DNA of 54,787 nt from positions 170,220-225,006 of the forward strand of contig CAYHGA010000001.1 of the NCBI GenBank assembly GCA_964356225.1, read 5' to 3'. This DNA is from an uncultured Gammaproteobacteria bacterium (GTDB lineage: Bacteria > Patescibacteriota > Microgenomatia > CAZETR01 > Amesbacteraceae). The translations under genes and the position numbers were made by a program. How positions within the stretch are numbered: position 1 is the stretch's first letter; the number at the start of each line of letters is the position of its first letter. Shown here piece after piece: positions 20,357 through 29,336 of this stretch. The notes under the pieces are model-generated. The model saw nothing but the letters and a program-made list of their open reading frames with translations, ran no database searches and was not told the DNA's origin.

Positions 20357-21598
20357 TTGATTATTTATTATATCAGTCCACTATTGACACCAAAGAAGTG
20401 CTGGGATAGGCTGAAATTAGTGGATGACTTTGATTCGACTTCTGTTTTTTTGCCTTGGTGGCGGCAATCAAAAAAAATAATACCGGTGGTGGTTTTGACG
20501 TTGTTGTTGGTACCCGCTGTTATTTTGGTGGGTATACGCCAACTAAGTCCTAAAGCTTCTAACGCTATTTCTGTCCAAGTCAGCCCCGGGGCCATTGACC
20601 AGTCTGCCTCACCTCAAATTGGTAAACCCGTCTATTTATCAGCGACTGCTGTAGACGAAATTGGCCGGCCGATTACGTCGGGCGTTTCCTATACATGGGG
20701 GATCAGTTCCAACTTTTCTATTTCTCCCACTTTCAAGCCGTCTAACAACTTGGCTACTTTTATCCCCAATTCTACCGGATCAGGTTCGCTTTGGGTTTCG
20801 GCCATCACTTCCGAAAGCTCCGCCATCAAATATATAGATGTTTGTGTTGGAGTTCTTTGTCCATCTTATACCAACCCCACTCCGACACCCACCCCTACTC
20901 CTACTTCTACTCCGGTCCCGGTGAGTTTTACCGGTTTATCTGCCTCGCTTCCCGGTACAGGGTCAGCTGTTTTTTACTTTACGTATTCTGGATCATCGCC
21001 TTCTTTTGCTATTGATATTTCTACCAAGAGTGACATGTCAACCGATGTGTACTCTACGTTTACCTGGGGAACTTCCAGTCCGCTCGTAGAAAATAATCCT
21101 ACTAAGTGGGACAAATATTCCTGCGGCCGCACTTTATATTGGATAGTTAAAACTCCCAGCGGAGATAAAAGTAAAATCGTCCCAAGCGTTGTCACTTGTC
21201 CCACACCGGCTCCTACTCCAACACCCACTCCTACTCCGACACCAGTTCCGAATAGGGCACCCACAATTGTTACTCAATCTTTTCCGATTGGACGTGTAGC
21301 CAGGGCTTATTCTGCCTCCGTTACTGCCACCGACCCCGACCCTTATGACAACCTTACTGCCCGAATTACCGGCCTTCCCCCTCTGCTTAAAGTTGTCGGC
21401 TGTATTCAATCTTCATCTACGCCTAACTCGGATAGCAGCATACAGCCGCCTACTATTCGCAATCTGGTTTGCACCATTTCCGGCACTCCTAACCGCTTCG
21501 GAACTTTTCCCATAAGAATTACTGTTACCGATTCGGCTAATGCCTCTGCCACTAAAGTGGTCAACTTGTATATTCTTAAGAAATATATTCTGTTTTAG
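20357..21598 (+). CDS. Membrane-anchored protein with PT linkers and a putative Ig domain (start uncertain)
   Basis: TM segment; PTPTPT linkers; NRAPTI...DPD...GLPP...ISGTP...VTDS (He_PIG-like). Confidence 0.75.
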   Translation: MIIYYISPLLTPKKCWDRLKLVDDFDSTSVFLPWWRQSKKIIPVVVLTLLLVPAVILVGIRQLSPKASNAISVQVSPGAIDQSASPQIGKPVYLSATAVDEIGRPITSGVSYTWGISSNFSISPTFKPSNNLATFIPNSTGSGSLWVSAITSESSAIKYIDVCVGVLCPSYTNPTPTPTPTPTSTPVPVSFTGLSASLPGTGSAVFYFTYSGSSPSFAIDISTKSDMSTDVYSTFTWGTSSPLVENNPTKWDKYSCGRTLYWIVKTPSGDKSKIVPSVVTCPTPAPTPTPTPTPTPVPNRAPTIVTQSFPIGRVARAYSASVTATDPDPYDNLTARITGLPPLLKVVGCIQSSSTPNSDSSIQPPTIRNLVCTISGTPNRFGTFPIRITVTDSANASATKVVNLYILKKYILF

Positions 21599-21629
21599 AC
21601 TTCGATTTGAGAGCAGGGATTGAACCGGA

Positions 21630-21755
21630 CGTTTCTTGAGCACTTCTTTCGTTTCGAGCAAAGTTAGCCTTTTGGGCTGTAGAGCTGATAGCCGCCGGGG
21701 GTGCGTTTTTCGACATGCAGAAGTTGCTCTGTGGTCCAAATAGGCGTCAAATGAG
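21630..21755 (-). pseudogene. Possible MerR-family HTH remnant
   Basis: WTTEQLLHVEKRTPGGYQLYSPK in one frame and RLTLLETKEVL in another; no start codon found. Confidence 0.35.
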
Positions 21756-21799
21756 CGCAAAACAGGCTTTGGGGATATAATGGGTGTACAATCTGCTTA

Positions 21800-22162
21800 A
21801 TGTTAGAGGAAGAGGCGAGTGGGGCGGAGTTGCCGCCGGGGCTGGGGTTTGGTGCAGAAGCCGGTGTTAAAAAAACGATATATTTAGCTCCTGACATTGA
21901 ATTGGAGGAAAACGAGAGAGTGCCTGGGGCGACGTATGTGGATGGTTATTCACTGGTAGAAAGATATGAGACCCCGGTCGTTCAAATGGCTACCGATAGG
22001 GCAAAGGAGGCGGCGAAGGGAAATAATAACAGCGCTTTGTACTACGAAAAATATCTGCAATATTTGCTTGAGGAAGACCGATTAAGGCTGGTGCATATTG
22101 TGATGGGGGGGCAGGGTCGGGGCCTGCCGCCATACAGGATGTATGGATATGTAATTGAATAG
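21800..22162 (+). CDS. Hypothetical protein
   Basis: ORF with host-like codon bias; TACAAT 7 nt upstream. Confidence 0.6.
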   Translation: MLEEEASGAELPPGLGFGAEAGVKKTIYLAPDIELEENERVPGATYVDGYSLVERYETPVVQMATDRAKEAAKGNNNSALYYEKYLQYLLEEDRLRLVHIVMGGQGRGLPPYRMYGYVIE

Positions 22163-22522
22163 TCAGGGGAGAGAGCGGGTGACGTTGACGGTGCCGCCGG
22201 AGCGGAGAGTGAAAGCGGCGTCCAGGGAGACGTTTTTGATGTTTTTGTGATATACACAGCGGCCGGAAGAACAGGTGCCTAAGATTTGGCGGCGGGAGGA
22301 GCGGGAAATTTTGGGCTTGAGTTTGAAACCACCCTCAAAACCTTTTTGACCAGAACTGGAGTCATAGGTTAGGGTGTAATTGACCCTGGAGACGTTTTTG
22401 AGATCGCCGAAATTGAGATGGACGTAATAGCGGTTTTTAGTAAGTGAGAGAGAAGCGGTAGCTGCCAAAGCAGGTGTAGCCGTGAAAGTAAGTAGCAGCA
22501 GGAGTGTTAAAATAAACTTCAT
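22163..22522 (-). CDS. Secreted hypothetical protein
   Basis: Signal peptide (ALA); LGTCSSGRCVYH motif. Confidence 0.75.
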   Translation of the reverse strand: MKFILTLLLLLTFTATPALAATASLSLTKNRYYVHLNFGDLKNVSRVNYTLTYDSSSGQKGFEGGFKLKPKISRSSRRQILGTCSSGRCVYHKNIKNVSLDAAFTLRSGGTVNVTRSLP

Positions 22523-22525
22523 ACT

Positions 22526-23059
22526 ATGAGTATAGCAAAGAAGACCTTGTTATTGGTTATTGGTTCATTGTTGATAGTAGGAATGATATCTACGGTGTGG
22601 GATTGGCGGCAGTGGAGAATTGAGGAGACGAAAAATTATGGGCAGGGGCGGGAAGCGAATAGGGATGTAGCGCCGGCGCGGAAGTTGGGAGGAGTGTATA
22701 CCAACAAAATTTTGAGATTTAGGATTAAATACCCGCAAAATTGGGAGGTAAAAGGCCTGACATTTAGTGAACCATTTGGAAGAATTAAGATGGTGGTGAC
22801 GGTAGTGAAGGATGAGCGGAATTTTCCGATAATAGCTGATGAGGCGGCGGCAGGGGTGACTCAAGAAAGGGGATATATTAATACCGAATCGGCCAGTATT
22901 GTTATTCTGACTTGGGAAGGAGGGGATGAAACGAAACAGATAGCACTAGCTAAAAGAGACAACCGGCTATATAAAATAGAAGTTACTTGCGGGAACGGGA
23001 TTTGGAAGTCTTGGAGCGCGACTTTCGAGGAGATTTACCGATCTTTGGTTTTGTTGTAG
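22526..23059 (+). CDS. Membrane-anchored PsbP-like protein
   Basis: YTN...FRIKYPQNW; C-terminal FEEIYRSLVL. Confidence 0.55.
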   Translation: MSIAKKTLLLVIGSLLIVGMISTVWDWRQWRIEETKNYGQGREANRDVAPARKLGGVYTNKILRFRIKYPQNWEVKGLTFSEPFGRIKMVVTVVKDERNFPIIADEAAAGVTQERGYINTESASIVILTWEGGDETKQIALAKRDNRLYKIEVTCGNGIWKSWSATFEEIYRSLVLL

Positions 23060-23504
23060 AGATGAAGTAAAGAGCTAAGGAGAGAGACAGGAAAGCCATA
23101 ATGATGGGGAAAAGGAGTGAAGTTTGAGCAGACGAAGGGGAGGCGGTGGTAATAAAAGAAACGGAGGTGGTAGCGGCGGGGACAAGAGAAGAATGATCGT
23201 TGGCTACTAATTCGGCGACGAGGGTATGCTTTCCCGGCTTGACGTTTTCGAAGGCGTATGAAGGAGAGACGACTTTAACGGCAGAAGTTTTTGAAGGATT
23301 GGCTTGGTCGAGCCAAAAGTGGAGATGGCCCTGGCCCGGAACCAGGCGGGGGTGGGTTTTGTAGTCTACCAGGGCAAAATTGACAACAGCGACTTTGACG
23401 GTGACCTTGTTACCGGTGGTAGTTTGATTGGGAGCAGGGGAGATGAAAGAGAGAGAGGGAATACCCAGAGCCAAAGCGGCAGTAACCAGAAAGGCAGGAA
23501 ACAT
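22983..23504 (-). CDS. Secreted/membrane Ig-like protein (DUF4399-like)
   Basis: GQGHLHFWLD; PGKHTLVAELVANDH; C-terminal TM segment and basic tail. Confidence 0.6.
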   Translation of the reverse strand: MFPAFLVTAALALGIPSLSFISPAPNQTTTGNKVTVKVAVVNFALVDYKTHPRLVPGQGHLHFWLDQANPSKTSAVKVVSPSYAFENVKPGKHTLVAELVANDHSSLVPAATTSVSFITTASPSSAQTSLLFPIIMAFLSLSLALYFISTTKPKIGKSPRKSRSKTSKSRSRK

Positions 23505-23530
23505 AAATATAAATATGATATATTTGAATT

Positions 23531-23974
23531 ATGAATGCAAGTGGGAAATGGTTAATGATGGGGATAGTGATATTGGTGGCGGTAGGGATGGGGGGGTACT
23601 TATTAATTCAAAGTTCAAGGCCCAAAGTTCAAAGCCCAAAGGTTGAAACTCAAAATCAACCAACTCCAACCAGCTTAGAAGAGCCGGTTGCGACTGGGCC
23701 TGCAGTAGAAGTGACAGTGGAGGGGGGCAATTACAAATTTAGTCCGGCGATGATAACGGCCAAGAAGGGGGATACGATAAAACTGACTTTTAGAAATGGT
23801 GGGGGGATGCATGATTTTGTGATCGATGAATTTGATGTAAAAACCAATCAAATTGGGGAGGGAGAAGAAGAAGATGTGGAGTTTGTGGCAGATAAAACCG
23901 GGACTTTTGAATTTTATTGTTCAGTAGGAAATCATAGAAAGATGGGCATGGTAGGGAAACTGGTGGTAGAATAA
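23531..23974 (+). CDS. Cupredoxin-domain protein
   Basis: HDF...FYCSVGNHRKMGMVG type-1 copper ligands. Confidence 0.92.
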   Translation: MNASGKWLMMGIVILVAVGMGGYLLIQSSRPKVQSPKVETQNQPTPTSLEEPVATGPAVEVTVEGGNYKFSPAMITAKKGDTIKLTFRNGGGMHDFVIDEFDVKTNQIGEGEEEDVEFVADKTGTFEFYCSVGNHRKMGMVGKLVVE

Positions 23975-23979
23975 ATATA

Positions 23980-24309
23980 ATGTTTTGGCGGTGGCTGGCA
24001 GTGTTTGGGATTAATACTTTGTTGATGGGTTATTATTGGACCCATCCGGTGAGGATAGCCGCTGTAATGCTATTGGAAATTGTGGCGATATTGATAACCA
24101 ATCCTAGAAAGAAAGATTGGATTTGGGTGGGATTGATGGGAATGTTGGCACCAGTGGTAGATTTGATAGTGGTGCCTGGGGGAGGATGGACATACCCGGT
24201 AACATTTTTTGGGGGGATTCCCGTATGGTTGCCATTTGGATATATTGTATACGGATTAATTGTGAGACGGCTGGTGGATGATTTTCCAAAAATGGGAGTA
24301 AAGAAATGA
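23980..24309 (+). CDS. Small membrane protein (DUF2878-like)
   Basis: Hydrophobic; GWTY...GIPVWLPFGY. Confidence 0.65.
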   Translation: MFWRWLAVFGINTLLMGYYWTHPVRIAAVMLLEIVAILITNPRKKDWIWVGLMGMLAPVVDLIVVPGGGWTYPVTFFGGIPVWLPFGYIVYGLIVRRLVDDFPKMGVKK

Positions 24310-24875
24310 TAGTGGTAAATTTCAAAAGATATGTGAGCGGAGAAGGGGCGGTAGCCTTGGCGCGGATTTGTAAGAAATATGGAGCAATTGTTTGCCCGCA
24401 ATTATCAGATTTGGTGGGGTGTGTGGAAACGGGAGCAGAGTGCTGGACGCAGAAATATGAGCCGCAAGCCGCAGGACACACAGGGACGCTGTTGAATCAC
24501 TCCGACTTTCGGTTGGACTTTAAAACGATTGAGGAGACAATGCTGGACTTGGAGGGGATTAAAGCGTGTGTGTGCTGTAAAGACGTAGAAGAGGGGGTTA
24601 AAATTGCGGGTTTTGATCCGGACTGGCTGGCGTTTGAGCCGCCGGAGCTGATTGGCGGCAAGGAAAAGTCGGTGAGCAGTGAGAGGCCGGAGGAGATTAG
24701 AGACCTAGTGCTAAGGGCTAGGTGCCAAGTGCTGGTGGGGGCGGGGGTTCATAGTGCCGAGGATGTGAGAATCGCATTGGAGATGGGGGCGAAGGGAATA
24801 CTAGTGGCCACGGATGTAGTAAAAGCAGAAGATCCAGAGAAAGAGTTGAGAGAATTGGTGGAGGCTTTTAAATAA
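24306..24875 (+). CDS. tpiA: Triosephosphate isomerase, archaeal type
   Basis: VNFK; LLNHSD; AFEPPELIG; GAGVHS; GILVA. Confidence 0.9.
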   Translation: MIVVNFKRYVSGEGAVALARICKKYGAIVCPQLSDLVGCVETGAECWTQKYEPQAAGHTGTLLNHSDFRLDFKTIEETMLDLEGIKACVCCKDVEEGVKIAGFDPDWLAFEPPELIGGKEKSVSSERPEEIRDLVLRARCQVLVGAGVHSAEDVRIALEMGAKGILVATDVVKAEDPEKELRELVEAFK

Positions 24876-24900
24876 CTCACCCCCAGCCGGGTGTTATACT
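24872..24900. repeat. Short palindromic element family C remnant ending in a -10 box
   Basis: ATAACTCACCC...GGGTGTTAT|ACT; left end shared with 26634 and 32531. Confidence 0.55.
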
Positions 24901-24907
24901 TTACTTA

Positions 24908-25573
24908 ATGAATAAGGTGGTGTTTGTCACGGGGGCGAGCAGGGGAATAGGGTTGGCGACGGCGAAGAAGTTTGCCGGTGAGGGGTGGAAAGTGGCAGGA
25001 TTCTCTAACAAAACAGAAGGTTATTACCAGATGGAGATGAATGATTACAACAGCATTCAGAAAACAATAAAACAGGCAGCGAAAGATTTGGGAAGGGTGG
25101 ATTGTCTGGTAAATTGTGCGGGGATTTTTGGTTATAAAAATTTGCAGCAATATGATGTGGAAACAATGACCAGAGTGATTGGGGTAAATGAGATGGGAAT
25201 GTATTTAGTAACAAAAGAAGTTTTGAACTATATGATTGAAGGGTCGATGGTGTTTGTGGCTTCAACTGCGGCGCAGGTGGGTAGCTCGGATCCAGTGTAT
25301 GCGGGGACAAAATCGGCGGTGCTGGGATTTGTAAAAAGCATGGCTAAAGCGGTGGCTCCCAAAATTAGAGTGAATTGTGTGTCGCCGGGGGTGACGGAGT
25401 CGGATATGACTAAGAATATGAATCCAGAAAGATTGAAACAGTTGATTGACCTGACGTTGCTGAAAAAGGCGGCGGAGCCGGAGGAAATTGCCGAGGGGAT
25501 TTATTTCTTGGCTAACACCACGCATATCACCGGCGCGTGCTTGGATATTAACGGGGGGTACGTATTGCGATGA
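24908..25573 (+). CDS. SDR oxidoreductase (FabG-like)
   Basis: TGASRGIG; NCAG; YAGTK; VNCVSPG. Confidence 0.92.
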   Translation: MNKVVFVTGASRGIGLATAKKFAGEGWKVAGFSNKTEGYYQMEMNDYNSIQKTIKQAAKDLGRVDCLVNCAGIFGYKNLQQYDVETMTRVIGVNEMGMYLVTKEVLNYMIEGSMVFVASTAAQVGSSDPVYAGTKSAVLGFVKSMAKAVAPKIRVNCVSPGVTESDMTKNMNPERLKQLIDLTLLKKAAEPEEIAEGIYFLANTTHITGACLDINGGYVLR

Positions 25574-26028
25574 TATTTATTGGGGCGGATCATAGAGGAT
25601 TTGAATTAAAGGCTAAAATAGCCAAGTGGCTGGCGGGGCGGGGATATGAATTTGAGGACTTGGGGGCGTATGAATATGATCATGAGGATGATTATGTGGA
25701 TTTTGCCATCGCCGTTGCGGAGAGGGTAGCGTCTAGTAATCAGCGTCTAGCGTCTAGGGGGATTGTGATTTGCGGGAGCGGGGTAGGGGTGGATATTGCG
25801 GCCAATAAAGTGATGGGAGTGAGGTGTGGGTTGGGGTGGGAGGCGGATCAGGTGCATGCAGCCAGAAAAGATGACAACATAAACGTATTGGCGCTGGCTT
25901 CCGACAACCTGGAGGAAGAGAAAGCCTTGAGATTGGTGGAAACTTTTTTGGAAACGGAATTCGTACAATCTGATAAGTATTTACGCAGAGTTGAAAAAAT
26001 ATCTAGATTTGAAACTGGAAGGGGGTGA
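25570..26028 (+). CDS. rpiB: Ribose-5-phosphate isomerase B
   Basis: GADHRG; ICGSGVG; AANK. Confidence 0.93.
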   Translation: MIFIGADHRGFELKAKIAKWLAGRGYEFEDLGAYEYDHEDDYVDFAIAVAERVASSNQRLASRGIVICGSGVGVDIAANKVMGVRCGLGWEADQVHAARKDDNINVLALASDNLEEEKALRLVETFLETEFVQSDKYLRRVEKISRFETGRG

Positions 26029-26234
26029 GGGAATTGAAAACATTAGTAAAATTATCTAAATGGTTAGTCGTGCTAGGTGCTATTAACTGGGGGCTAGTGG
26101 CCCTTATGAAATTTAACCTAGTAACTCTCCTATTTGGCCAGTGGCCAGTGATGGAGATGTGGGTATATGTTTTGATGGGCGCGGCTGGCATGTGGGGAGC
26201 CTTTGCCATGTTAACCAATACTAAAAAGAAGTAA
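26025..26234 (+). CDS. DUF378 small membrane protein
   Basis: LVVLGAINWGLV...FNLV..LFG. Confidence 0.85.
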   Translation: MRELKTLVKLSKWLVVLGAINWGLVALMKFNLVTLLFGQWPVMEMWVYVLMGAAGMWGAFAMLTNTKKK

Positions 26235-26255
26235 AAAGTGTGGTTAAATTAAGTA

Positions 26256-27101
26256 ATGGTACAACTGCCTGTAATTAGGGATATGTTGGTGGCCGAAAAA
26301 AAAGTGCTGGTGAGGGCTGATCTTGAGTGGACAGGAAAAGATTCACAGAGAGAGAAAGTTACGCGGGAGATAGTGGAATATTTGCAGACCAGGGGGGTGG
26401 AGAAAGTAAAATTGATTGGGCACAAAGGGAAATTAGAGCCGGATTTAAGAAAAGATCCGGGGGAAGAAGCTGACGATGAAAGTTTGGCGCGGGAGTTAGC
26501 TAGCGGGTGGGATGTGTATGTGAACGAAGCGTTTGCGACTAGTCACCGCAAACATTGCTCGATTGACGCCTTACCGCGACTTATGAAATCACAAGGAAAG
26601 GAAGTTTGCGTGGGATTAAGATTCGAAAAGGAAATAACTCACCTCTCGATCCCCTCTCTTTATCAAAGAGAGGGGAAGGGGAGAGTTTTGGTGATTGGGG
26701 GGGCGAAGGGAGATAAAGAGAAATATGCTGAAGAATTGGAGAAGAAGGGGTGGACTGTCTTAAGAGGAGGATTACTGCCGGGAGCGAAATTGCGGGAGGA
26801 CAGATTAGACATAAGTGACGAAGAGATTAAGAGATTAAGAGATGAAGTAACTAGGGCGGAAACGATAGTTCTTGCCGGGCCGATGGGGAAATATGACGAG
26901 GCGGAGAAGGGGACGAAGGAAGTGTTTACGGCGGTGGCCGAAAGCCGCGCTTATAAAGTGGCGGGAGGGGGAGATACGGAAGCGGCTTTGGAGAAATTTG
27001 GGTTAACGAGCAAATTTGACTGGATCAGCGTGGGTGGAGGAGCAATGTTGGAGTTTTTGGCAACTGGGACTCTCCCCGGTATTGAAGCAGTGATATCATA
27101 A
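26256..27101 (+). CDS. pgk: Phosphoglycerate kinase, shortened form
   Basis: YVNEAFATSHR; IGGAK; GPMG; GGGDT; SVGGGAMLEFL..GTLPG. Confidence 0.88.
   Translation: MVQLPVIRDMLVAEKKVLVRADLEWTGKDSQREKVTREIVEYLQTRGVEKVKLIGHKGKLEPDLRKDPGEEADDESLARELASGWDVYVNEAFATSHRKHCSIDALPRLMKSQGKEVCVGLRFEKEITHLSIPSLYQREGKGRVLVIGGAKGDKEKYAEELEKKGWTVLRGGLLPGAKLREDRLDISDEEIKRLRDEVTRAETIVLAGPMGKYDEAEKGTKEVFTAVAESRAYKVAGGGDTEAALEKFGLTSKFDWISVGGGAMLEFLATGTLPGIEAVIS
26634..26685. repeat. Palindromic element family C inside pgk
   Basis: ATAACTCACCTCTCGA-TCCCCTCTCTTT-ATC-AAAGAGAGGGGA; nearly the reverse complement of 32586-32614. Confidence 0.8.
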
Positions 27102-27107
27102 AGATAT

Positions 27108-28154
27108 ATGGTAAAAGTGGCGATTAATGGATTTGGGAGGATTGGACGATTGGCGTTTAGGATTTGGCTACTGAAGCACCATAATGAAATGGAGATTGTG
27201 GCGATTAATACCAGTGGGTCGATGGATACGGCGGGGTGGGCGCATTTAGTGAACCAGGATACGACATACAGAAAATTTGAAATCGAAGTGAAAGCCGAGG
27301 GGGAATTTTTGGTGGTGCCGAGTATGGGGTTGAAAATTCCGGTGCTGGCACAAAAAGATCCGGAGCTTTTACCATGGAACCAATATGAAGTAGACGTTGT
27401 AATGGAGTGTACGGGGAAGTTTACGGATGAGATTGGAGCATTGAAACACGCTAAAGCCGGGGCGAAGAAAGTAATTATTTCGGCGCCACATAGGGGAGGG
27501 AATGTGGGGACTTTTGTGTTGGGAGTCAATAGTACTCAGGACTCAGAGAAAAGTACTCAGGAACCGGTGGTGATAAGTAATGCCAGTTGTACGACGAATT
27601 GTGTGACGCCGGTGGCAGCGGTGATGCAGGCCAAGTTTGGCATTAAAAAAGCTGTGATGACGACCGTGCATGCTTATACCGATGACCAGGTGCTGCAAGA
27701 CGGATCGCACAAGGATTTGCGGCGAGCCAGGGCGGCCGCGGCCAATATTGTGCCCACTTCTACAGGAGCCGCCATTGCTACTACAGAAGTAATACCAGAA
27801 TTAAAAGGACTATTTGACGGCATAAGTTTGCGGGTGCCGGTTTTAACCGGATCAATTTCTGATTTTGTATTTGTGACTAAAAAACCGGTGACACGGGAAG
27901 AAGTAAACCAGGCTTTTGTGGAGGCGAGCGAAACGCCGAAATATTTGGGGATCTTGGGAGTGTCGGGGAAGTCGGGAATGCCAGAGCATTTGGTAAGTTC
28001 GGACATTATCGGCAGTTCATATAGCGCCATCATTGATCCGGAATTTACGCAGGTAATAGGCGGAGATTTGGTAAAAGTATTGGCTTGGTACGACAATGAA
28101 TGGGGATATGCCAACCGGTTAGTAGAACAAACGATTATTTTTGGAAATAGTTAG
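27108..28154 (+). CDS. gap: Glyceraldehyde-3-phosphate dehydrogenase, type I
   Basis: INGFGRIGR; SNASCTTNC; WYDNEWGY. Confidence 0.98.
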   Translation: MVKVAINGFGRIGRLAFRIWLLKHHNEMEIVAINTSGSMDTAGWAHLVNQDTTYRKFEIEVKAEGEFLVVPSMGLKIPVLAQKDPELLPWNQYEVDVVMECTGKFTDEIGALKHAKAGAKKVIISAPHRGGNVGTFVLGVNSTQDSEKSTQEPVVISNASCTTNCVTPVAAVMQAKFGIKKAVMTTVHAYTDDQVLQDGSHKDLRRARAAAANIVPTSTGAAIATTEVIPELKGLFDGISLRVPVLTGSISDFVFVTKKPVTREEVNQAFVEASETPKYLGILGVSGKSGMPEHLVSSDIIGSSYSAIIDPEFTQVIGGDLVKVLAWYDNEWGYANRLVEQTIIFGNS

Positions 28155-28155
28155 C

Positions 28156-28716
28156 ATGCAAATAATACCGGCGATATTGACGGGTGACGTGCAGGAACTG
28201 GATTTTTTGTTGAGAAAAATTAGGGACAGCAAAAAATTTGAGAGAGTGCAGATTGATTTTGTGGATGGGGTGTTTGCAAGCAATAAGAGTATAAGAGTGG
28301 AAGACCTGCCTGCCGGCAGGCAGGGACTGAAATTTGACGCACATTTGATGGTGGTGGAGAAGAATCTGACAGAATACGTCGATGGCCTGATGGGGTTTGA
28401 CAGAGTGATTGTGCAGATGGAAAGCGTGTCGCGGCCGGAGGATTTTGATTGCCTGGCGCTGGATGTACATTCTCCGGTGGCGGCCATCGAATCATATCTA
28501 CCAAGCTTGAAGCTGGTTAATTTAATGGCCATAGAGCCGGGAAGGGGAGGGCAGAAGTTTAATGACGAAGTAATTAAGAAGATTAAGGGATTAAGGAGAT
28601 ATGAGTATAGACTTTGTGTGGATGGGGGGGTGGAACAGAGACACCTGCCGATACTGGAAAAATTGGGAGTGGATGAAGTGGCTGTGGGAGCAAAGCGGGT
28701 GTTAGAATGGAAGTAA
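28156..28716 (+). CDS. rpe: Ribulose-phosphate 3-epimerase
   Basis: IIPAIL; IDFVDGVF; DAHLMV; PGRGGQKF; VDGG; ATG at 28156 follows the gap stop. Confidence 0.88.
   Translation: MQIIPAILTGDVQELDFLLRKIRDSKKFERVQIDFVDGVFASNKSIRVEDLPAGRQGLKFDAHLMVVEKNLTEYVDGLMGFDRVIVQMESVSRPEDFDCLALDVHSPVAAIESYLPSLKLVNLMAIEPGRGGQKFNDEVIKKIKGLRRYEYRLCVDGGVEQRHLPILEKLGVDEVAVGAKRVLEWK
28305..28324. repeat. Palindromic element family B (CCTGCCTGCCGGCAGGCAGG) inside rpe
   Basis: Perfect 20-bp palindrome; 19/20 identical to 47370-47389. Confidence 0.88.
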
Positions 28717-29336
28717 TGCCCGAGGAAGCGATTAAAAAGATAAAGACGGTGGCGTGTTTGGGGTTTGCGGACGCCAGTCCGGAAGATCCTCTATTTAAAG
28801 AGGCGTATAGCGTGGGATTGGCTTTGGCAAAGGCGGGTTATGTAGTAGCCAATGGGGGAGGTCCGGGGGTGATGAGGGCCACCAGTGAAGGGGCCAAGGT
28901 GGGAGGAGGGCATGTGATCGGGGTGACATTTTATCCTAAAGACGTGGCCAATTTTGAAGGTAAGGATAAAAACAATCCTATCGATGAAGAAATAAAGACA
29001 AGCAACTATCTGGAGAGGACACTGAAACTTTTGGAAGTAAGTCAGGCGTACGTGATTTTTAAAGGAGGAACGGGAACGATTTCGGAATTTGGGATGGCCT
29101 GGGGACTGGCCCGGCTGTATTTTGGACATCATAAGCCTCTGATTTTATTCGGCAAGTTTTGGGAAAATATTATGGCCACATTTTTGGCCAATATGCGGAT
29201 GCGGCCGGAAGAATTTCAGGTATACCGGGTAGTGGAGACGCCGGAAGAAGTGGTAAAAAGTCTGGAAATTTTTGAATATATGCTGGAGAATGAACCACAT
29301 GTCTTTAATCCGGCTGAAAAACCATTTGAAGTATGA
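28707..29336 (+). CDS. LOG/SLOG-family protein
   Basis: NGGGPGVM; GGTGTISE. Confidence 0.85.
   Translation: MEVMPEEAIKKIKTVACLGFADASPEDPLFKEAYSVGLALAKAGYVVANGGGPGVMRATSEGAKVGGGHVIGVTFYPKDVANFEGKDKNNPIDEEIKTSNYLERTLKLLEVSQAYVIFKGGTGTISEFGMAWGLARLYFGHHKPLILFGKFWENIMATFLANMRMRPEEFQVYRVVETPEEVVKSLEIFEYMLENEPHVFNPAEKPFEV

Larger units (their letters stand above)
11754..21760. mobile_element. Putative composite genomic island downstream of tRNA-Asn (no integrase visible, right end approximate)
   Basis: Starts at a tRNA 3' end; loses the G/purine-rich coding bias of the core genes (judged by eye); carries AbiE and surface proteins. Confidence 0.45.

Noticed and set aside
20871-21250. ACTCCx repeats as DNA-level elements
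   Set aside because: Period-6 repeats are explained by Pro-Thr linkers.
21608-21628. GGTTCAATCCC (minus strand) as a tRNA or attR of the island
   Set aside because: No cloverleaf forms and it does not match the tRNA-Asn 3' end.
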